Origin: Polyangiales bacterium | Lineage (GTDB): Bacteria; Myxococcota_A; Polyangia; Polyangiales; Houyiibacteriaceae | Assembly: GCA_045106895.1 (NCBI GenBank) | Contig: JBGCFM010000154.1 | Span: 1-22,361, forward strand | Length of the DNA stretch: 22,361 bases | Direction: 5' to 3' | Shown: positions 17,450 through 22,361 of the stretch, piece by piece | Layout of the letters: each line of letters starts with the position of its first letter | Numbering within the stretch: the first letter of the stretch is position 1 | Translations under genes and position numbers: made by a program | The notes under the pieces: model-generated | Told to the model about the DNA's origin: nothing | Database searches by the model: none | Seen by the model: only the letters and a program-made list of their open reading frames with translations

Positions 17450-19162
17450 TTACGCTCGGCGTCTTCGTCGACTCCAAACGAGCAGCAGCGCCGAGAGAAG
17501 AATTCCAGCCAGGGACACCCACGCGCCCCAGGCGGCTTCCTTGGGCAGATAACGCACGACCACACGTTGCTCGCCCGCGTCGAGCCCGCGTACTTCGATG
17601 AGCCCGCTCGATCCTCGGCGTAAGGTCCCAAGGTTCGTGATCCAGCCCGGCGCCCAGGTCTGGTTGAAAATCACCACGCTCTCGGCTTCTTCTTCAAGCC
17701 GCACTCGCGCCGTCATCGTCTGGCTCGTCCGGCGATCACCCAGTAGCTCTCCGCCGGCGACGCGAACCTGAGGCTCACGTCCTTCCCAAAGGCCGCTCGC
17801 AGCCACGTAAGCGGTCACGCCGGTGTAGCAGCCGCGCGTCGACACATTGCGAATCGGAAAGCTCGCGTGATCGCCATACTCACCGAGTGGCGTGATGTAG
17901 TACTCGGTCTCCTCTTCCGGTCCTGCCATCTCCGTGCCCCGCCAGCGGTCCAACACGTAGCGGTGACCATGCATGACCTGGACGATGACCAAGGCCACGA
18001 GGGCCGCTGGGAGAAGGGCCAGTGCACGCTGAGTGGGGCGCCTGAGCTCTGTGATCTTCCGGCGGATCGACTGGAGTCCCAGGCCCCCAAGGAGCGCGAA
18101 AAAGAAGAGGAAGAGGACCATGAAGCGTGAAGGCACGCGCAGAGAGCTGTAGATCGGAAGCCGATGAACCAGTGGCCACGGATGCCAAACGCTCACGTGC
18201 CCGAGGACAAACCCAAGGAAGACCAAGCTCCCCGCCACGACCCAGCGATGCCGCCGAAGAGACACCACAAGACCCAGTACGCAGAGCGCGAAGCCGAGGG
18301 CCCCGATATACGAGCCGTATTCCGCCCAAACGTATTCGTGGCTCCCGAGGCGAGGGTGCTCAAGGGTTGGCATGATGAGCATCTCCACGACCTCGATGAC
18401 GCGAAGGGAATCGCTTCCATGCGTGAAGCGTGGGTAGTCGCGAATCGTCGTGAGAATGCCGGCCAGGCGAAAGCCCGCGAGGAGCGTTGTCAGCAGCACA
18501 GCCAGCGTGCCGGTCTTCATCACGTGCCACAGCTGGGCGCGTGAGCGCGTGATCACCAACGTGTCGAAGGCAAGGAGAAGCACGAAGTAGGGGAAGGGGT
18601 AGACGCCGCCTTCAAAGATTACGAGGGCCATGAGCGCCGCAACCCAAACGGTGTTCTTCCACTCGACCTGCGCGGCTCTCCAAGCGAGGAGAATGAGCGG
18701 CGCGAAGTAGAAGGGCATGAACGCCGGGTGACCGCCGCTTCCGTGCCAAGCGAAGAAGCCCGAGCCCGCCCACAGGAACGACGCGCAGGCGGCGGAGAGC
18801 GCGTCGAGGTTCACGTGCTTGCGCGCGAACACATACATGCCGCCAAAACCCGCGGCGGAGTGCGCGATCATAAATAGCTTGAGCCCCGCCGCGCTGCCGA
18901 ATGGCATGAAGAGAAAGAAGAGCGGCGAAAAGCCCTGTGCCTGCGGGTCACCAAAGAGGAGCGTGCCGCCACAGTGGTAGGGGTTCCACAGGGGGACCTC
19001 GCCGTAGCGCAGCATGGCGATGCGCGCGGCCTCCCATTGATGGAGAAACTGCTGCCAGTCCCCGAAGCCCGTCGCGCTCCAGTGCTTGAGCGCCGGATAC
19101 CAGAACGCCGCCGCAGCCGCGATGGCGGCGAGCACGAACCAGGCGCGGCGTCGAAGGGGCAC
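17450..19162 (-). CDS. YfhO-like polytopic membrane protein (putative GT-C glycosyltransferase)
   Basis: 570 aa with many TM helices. N-terminal loop GD...PLWNPYHCGGTLLFGDPQ, then YIG, LRVPSRF, a C-terminal soluble domain with VIFNQTWAPGW and VVVRYLP, and a final TM. Confidence 0.75.
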   Translation of the reverse strand: MPLRRRAWFVLAAIAAAAAFWYPALKHWSATGFGDWQQFLHQWEAARIAMLRYGEVPLWNPYHCGGTLLFGDPQAQGFSPLFFLFMPFGSAAGLKLFMIAHSAAGFGGMYVFARKHVNLDALSAACASFLWAGSGFFAWHGSGGHPAFMPFYFAPLILLAWRAAQVEWKNTVWVAALMALVIFEGGVYPFPYFVLLLAFDTLVITRSRAQLWHVMKTGTLAVLLTTLLAGFRLAGILTTIRDYPRFTHGSDSLRVIEVVEMLIMPTLEHPRLGSHEYVWAEYGSYIGALGFALCVLGLVVSLRRHRWVVAGSLVFLGFVLGHVSVWHPWPLVHRLPIYSSLRVPSRFMVLFLFFFALLGGLGLQSIRRKITELRRPTQRALALLPAALVALVIVQVMHGHRYVLDRWRGTEMAGPEEETEYYITPLGEYGDHASFPIRNVSTRGCYTGVTAYVAASGLWEGREPQVRVAGGELLGDRRTSQTMTARVRLEEEAESVVIFNQTWAPGWITNLGTLRRGSSGLIEVRGLDAGEQRVVVRYLPKEAAWGAWVSLAGILLSALLLVWSRRRRRA

Positions 19163-19239
19163 GGCGCTTCCTACCAGCCGGACGCGCTGCTGGCGAACAA
19201 GCGACTTTACTCCCTGCGTTTTTGGCGGGACGATGACGT

Positions 19240-19509
19240 GTGTTGCCCTGGGTCCCTCGAGCTGTCGTCTTCTTCCTTACGCTCTGCGTCGCCTGTGGCA
19301 CAGATGCGGATGGCCCCGTGGACCCCGGAGAGTCGGAGGCCGCGGAGCCTGCGGAAGGTCCCGCCGATGGCCCCGCGGATGACCCAGACAACGAGGATTT
19401 CCTCGAAGATGAAGCGCCCCAAGCGAACGTCGACGAGATGGATGAGCACGCCCTCGAAGCGGCCTGTTTCGCTGGGCAGCAGGCTGCCTGCGACCAACTA
19501 GGACACTAA
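19240..19509 (+). CDS. Small acidic putative lipoprotein
   Basis: Hydrophobic leader ending LCVAC-G, Asp/Glu/Pro linker (GPAD x2), C-terminal ACFAGQQAACDQLGH. Stop is 3 nt before the mobA ATG. Start codon uncertain. Confidence 0.65.
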   Translation: MLPWVPRAVVFFLTLCVACGTDADGPVDPGESEAAEPAEGPADGPADDPDNEDFLEDEAPQANVDEMDEHALEAACFAGQQAACDQLGH

Positions 19510-19512
19510 CGA

Positions 19513-20067
19513 ATGCTGCAACTCGGCATCTTCGTTGGGGGTGCCTCCTCACGCATGGGCCAGCCCAAAGGGCTCCTTCGCTATGAGGGCGGCACTCTGT
19601 TGGACCGGGCGCTCACCCTCGCTGAGGCGCTGAGTCTCGAGCCGGTCCTCGTGGGAGACGCGTCGCCGTACGAAGGGCACGCGCCTGGAGTCTTGCGCTG
19701 TCCCGATGAGGTGCTGAACGTAGGCGCCCTCGGCGGATTGCTCTCGCTCTTGCGGCGTGGGCCCGCCTTGGTGATGGCCTGCGACATGCCGCTCTTGCAG
19801 CCCTCTCACCTCCAGACCCTCCTCGATGCGCCAAGGGGCCTCATCGCGCTCTCCCGCACCGAGGCGTTCTACGACCCGTTCCCTGCGCGCTGCGCGCCGG
19901 AACTCCGCGGGCCCATCGAGTCCCAGCTTGCCCAAGGCAAGACGTCTTTTCAGTCCCTCATTCGAGCCCTGGAGCCTCACGAGCGCGTTCTCGTCGAGCT
20001 CCCCAGAGACGCGACGTTGGACTGGGATGAGCCCAGCGATGTCTTCGAGGAGCCGCCGGAACGTTGA
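19513..20067 (+). CDS. mobA: Molybdenum cofactor guanylyltransferase (MobA-like NTP transferase)
   Basis: GIFVGGASSRMGQPKG, D....GALGGL, VMACDMPLL, and DWDEPSD corresponding to the NINTPED motif. Confidence 0.85.
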   Translation: MLQLGIFVGGASSRMGQPKGLLRYEGGTLLDRALTLAEALSLEPVLVGDASPYEGHAPGVLRCPDEVLNVGALGGLLSLLRRGPALVMACDMPLLQPSHLQTLLDAPRGLIALSRTEAFYDPFPARCAPELRGPIESQLAQGKTSFQSLIRALEPHERVLVELPRDATLDWDEPSDVFEEPPER

Positions 20068-20092
20068 GCTTTGCAGGAGGCCAGGGCATCCT
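20064..20092 (+). promoter_or_regulatory. Candidate sigma70 promoter for a leaderless transcript of the vWA lipoprotein
   Basis: TTGAGC (20064-20069), 17 nt, CATCCT (20087-20092), 7 nt, then ATG 20100. No SD at normal spacing. Confidence 0.4.
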
Positions 20093-20099
20093 CTTTTCT

Positions 20100-21236
20100 A
20101 TGGCCCTCCGCTTCCTCGCTTGTGTCCTTCTTGTCAGCGCCTGTGATTGCGGAGAGGAGGAGCCCGAAGTCGACGCTTCTTTGGGCTTCGACGCCGAGGG
20201 CTTCGATGTCGGTCCCTTTGACGCCGGCCGGCCCTGCGTGGACGCGCTCCCCGTCGACATGCTCTGGGTCATCGATAACTCCAACTCCATGGCGCAGGAG
20301 CAGGAGAACCTCGCGGTGAACTTCCCCGTCGTCATCGAGACGCTGACGAACCCGCCGGACGCCGACGGCGATGGCCAGCCTGACTTCCCGCCCATCACCG
20401 ACTTGCGCGTCGCCGTCGTCACGACGGACCTCGGCGTTGGCTCCAACACCGGGGTCATCGGCTGCCCTTCCGCCACCGGCGATGACGCGGTCTTCGTCTC
20501 CGAGGCGCGTGGCGCCGGCGAGTGCGCAGGCGTCAACACCGGGCCCATGCCTTGGCTCCAGTTCGACGGAACCAACGCCGACGAGTTCAACGAGAGCTTT
20601 GCCTGCCTGGCGCGCCTCGGCACAGAAGGTTGTGGACTCGAACAGCAGCTCGAAGCGTCCATTCGCTCCTTCGGCGATCAAGCGGAGCCGGGCATGCCGA
20701 ACGAAGGCTTCTTTCGCAGCGATTCCCTCATCGCCGTCGTCTACGTGACGGACGAAGACGACTGCTCGGCGTCCTCCGATGCCATCTTCTCTGCGTCACC
20801 GGAGGCGCGCACGGAGTTTGGCCCTTACCCGCGTCGCTGCGCAGACAACCCAGACGAGCTTCATCCCATCAGCCGCTACGTCTCGGCACTTCGTGCGCTC
20901 TCCCTCGACCGCCGCGGCGACGTCGTCGTCGCTGCCATCACCGGCGTGCCTCGCGACCTGACGGCGGACCCCACCAACGTCGACTTCACGGAGCTCCTCG
21001 CGGACCCGCGCATGCAGTTCCAAGACGACCCTGAAGACCCGGACAAGCTCGCCCCCGCGTGTGAGTTCAGCGGCGTCGGCACGGCGATCCCTGCCCGGCG
21101 CATCGTCGAGCTCGTCAGCGGGTTCTCCCGCGGCAACGACGCTCTCCTCGCGAGCATCTGCGAACCAGACCTCTCGCCGACGCTCTCCGCCCTGGCAAAC
21201 CTGGTGGCAAGTCGGCTCTGCGAGGCGCCGCTCTAA
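20100..21236 (+). CDS. Cys-rich vWA-domain lipoprotein of myxobacterial type
   Basis: MALRFLACVLLVSAC (lipobox), VDMLWVIDNSNSMAQEQ (MIDAS DxSxS), LRVAVVTTDLG, GCGLEQQLEA, FFRSDSLIAVVYVTDEDDCS, ASIC. Confidence 0.8.
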   Translation: MALRFLACVLLVSACDCGEEEPEVDASLGFDAEGFDVGPFDAGRPCVDALPVDMLWVIDNSNSMAQEQENLAVNFPVVIETLTNPPDADGDGQPDFPPITDLRVAVVTTDLGVGSNTGVIGCPSATGDDAVFVSEARGAGECAGVNTGPMPWLQFDGTNADEFNESFACLARLGTEGCGLEQQLEASIRSFGDQAEPGMPNEGFFRSDSLIAVVYVTDEDDCSASSDAIFSASPEARTEFGPYPRRCADNPDELHPISRYVSALRALSLDRRGDVVVAAITGVPRDLTADPTNVDFTELLADPRMQFQDDPEDPDKLAPACEFSGVGTAIPARRIVELVSGFSRGNDALLASICEPDLSPTLSALANLVASRLCEAPL

Positions 21237-21259
21237 CTTCTCCGACTGAGGCGCGCGCT

Positions 21260-22361
21260 TTGAACGGTGACTACAACTGGGCCGCGCTCGCGCTCCCCAT
21301 CTTTTTGCTCGCCACCCTCATGGAGGCGTGGCTTGCTCGGCGCCGCGACTTCTACGCGTTTGGTACATCACTCAGCGACCTCGCCTGCGGAAGCATCAAC
21401 CAGGCGGGCGAGCTGCTCTTCAACCTCGTCCTCGTCGCAGCCTACGTGTGGCTCTTTGAGCACGCGCGCGTCGTTACGTGGGACGAGGGCAGCCCATGGC
21501 CCTGGGTCTTGGGCATCGTCGGCGTCGACTTCCTCTTCTACTGGTGGCACCGCGTCAGCCACGTGGTCAACGTCCTGTGGGCCGTGCATGGCGTTCACCA
21601 CCAGAGCGAAGACTATAACCTCGCCGTCGCCCTACGACAGCCGCTCTTTGAGCCCCTCACCTGGTTCGTCTTCTACGCGCCCCTCGCACTCCTCGGTGTC
21701 TCTCCGCTGGTCTACCTCGCGGCCTACGGCATCAACCGCTTCTACCAGTTTTGGATTCACACCCAGGTCGTGAACAAGGGCCCAGCGTGGGTCGAGTGGC
21801 TCCTCAACACCCCGAGCCATCATCGCGTACATCACGGGACCAACCCCCAGTACCTGGACAAGAACTACGGCGCCGTTCTCATCCTCTGGGACCGCCTGTT
21901 CGGGACCTTTGAGCCCGAAGTCGAGACGCCCATCTACGGCACGACGGTTCCACTGCGTAGCTACAGTCCCGTCTGGGCAAACTTCGTGCATCTTGCACGC
22001 ATCGTCTCTCTTGCTCAGCGCGCATCCTCGACCCGCGAGCGTCTCTGGGCTTGGGTTGCGCATCCGGCTTGGCTTCCGAGTGGTGTCACGGAAACGGACG
22101 CCAAGGTCGACCGCGCTATCTACGAGAAGTACCGCCCCCCCGTCACCGCGCGCCTAGGGGCATACCTTCTCGTTCAGTATGCTTTGGCAGGAACGGCCCT
22201 CGGCGTCGCGGTGTTCTTCGAACACGGGCTCAGCGTCATGCAGCTCGCCGTTATCGCGGCTGTGCTGGCGGCGAGCTTCATTGCCATCGTGGGCCTTAGC
22301 GAGGGCCGCCGCTGGGCTTGGAAGCTTGAGTCGGCGCGTCTCCTCGCCGCCGTCCTCGTCT
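21260..22361 (+). CDS. Sterol desaturase / fatty acid hydroxylase family protein, alkylglycerol monooxygenase (AGMO)-like; 3'-truncated by window
   Basis: Not in the ORF track because it has no stop in the window. From TTG 21260: MNGDYNWAALALPIF...DFLFYWWHRVSH...WAVHGVHHQSEDYNLAVALRQ...YQFWIHT...NTPSHHRVHHGTNPQYLDKNYGAVLILWDRLFGTF, followed by further TM helices. Open to the window end. Confidence 0.9.
   Translation, partial: MNGDYNWAALALPIFLLATLMEAWLARRRDFYAFGTSLSDLACGSINQAGELLFNLVLVAAYVWLFEHARVVTWDEGSPWPWVLGIVGVDFLFYWWHRVSHVVNVLWAVHGVHHQSEDYNLAVALRQPLFEPLTWFVFYAPLALLGVSPLVYLAAYGINRFYQFWIHTQVVNKGPAWVEWLLNTPSHHRVHHGTNPQYLDKNYGAVLILWDRLFGTFEPEVETPIYGTTVPLRSYSPVWANFVHLARIVSLAQRASSTRERLWAWVAHPAWLPSGVTETDAKVDRAIYEKYRPPVTARLGAYLLVQYALAGTALGVAVFFEHGLSVMQLAVIAAVLAASFIAIVGLSEGRRWAWKLESARLLAAVLV

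Noticed and set aside
21267..21773. 168-aa ORF from the track
   Set aside because: Wrong frame; the real hydroxylase frame starts at 21260 and runs off the window.

Overview
GC-rich bacterial DNA that looks myxobacterial (Myxococcota). This is inferred from the Hanks kinases, Cys-rich, MopE-motif and vWA lipoproteins, and DAG-type linkers. Gene order: the 3' end of a MATE transporter; an RluA-family pseudouridine synthase (-); a ~1730-aa Ser/Thr kinase-AAA ATPase-helical repeat-GAF-class III nucleotide cyclase (+); a ~5 kb block of three orphan-like genes (Kelch-like propeller + YwqG/DUF1963-like protein, MopE-motif/BNR lipoprotein, TPR/Sel1 lipoprotein); tolQ-tolR-tolA-like genes with no tolB/pal; a tail-anchored Ser/Thr kinase; a frmR-frmA formaldehyde module with a recognisable operator; a YfhO-like membrane protein; a small lipoprotein, mobA, a vWA lipoprotein; and a 3'-truncated alkylglycerol monooxygenase-like hydroxylase. 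I saw no rRNA, tRNA, CRISPR array, transposase or integrase. The best leads are the cyclase domain, whose catalytic residues are intact but whose base-specificity residues are non-canonical, and a degenerate kinase C-lobe (KIND-like) domain fused in front of the second kinase. All family calls are by motif recognition; no searches were run.
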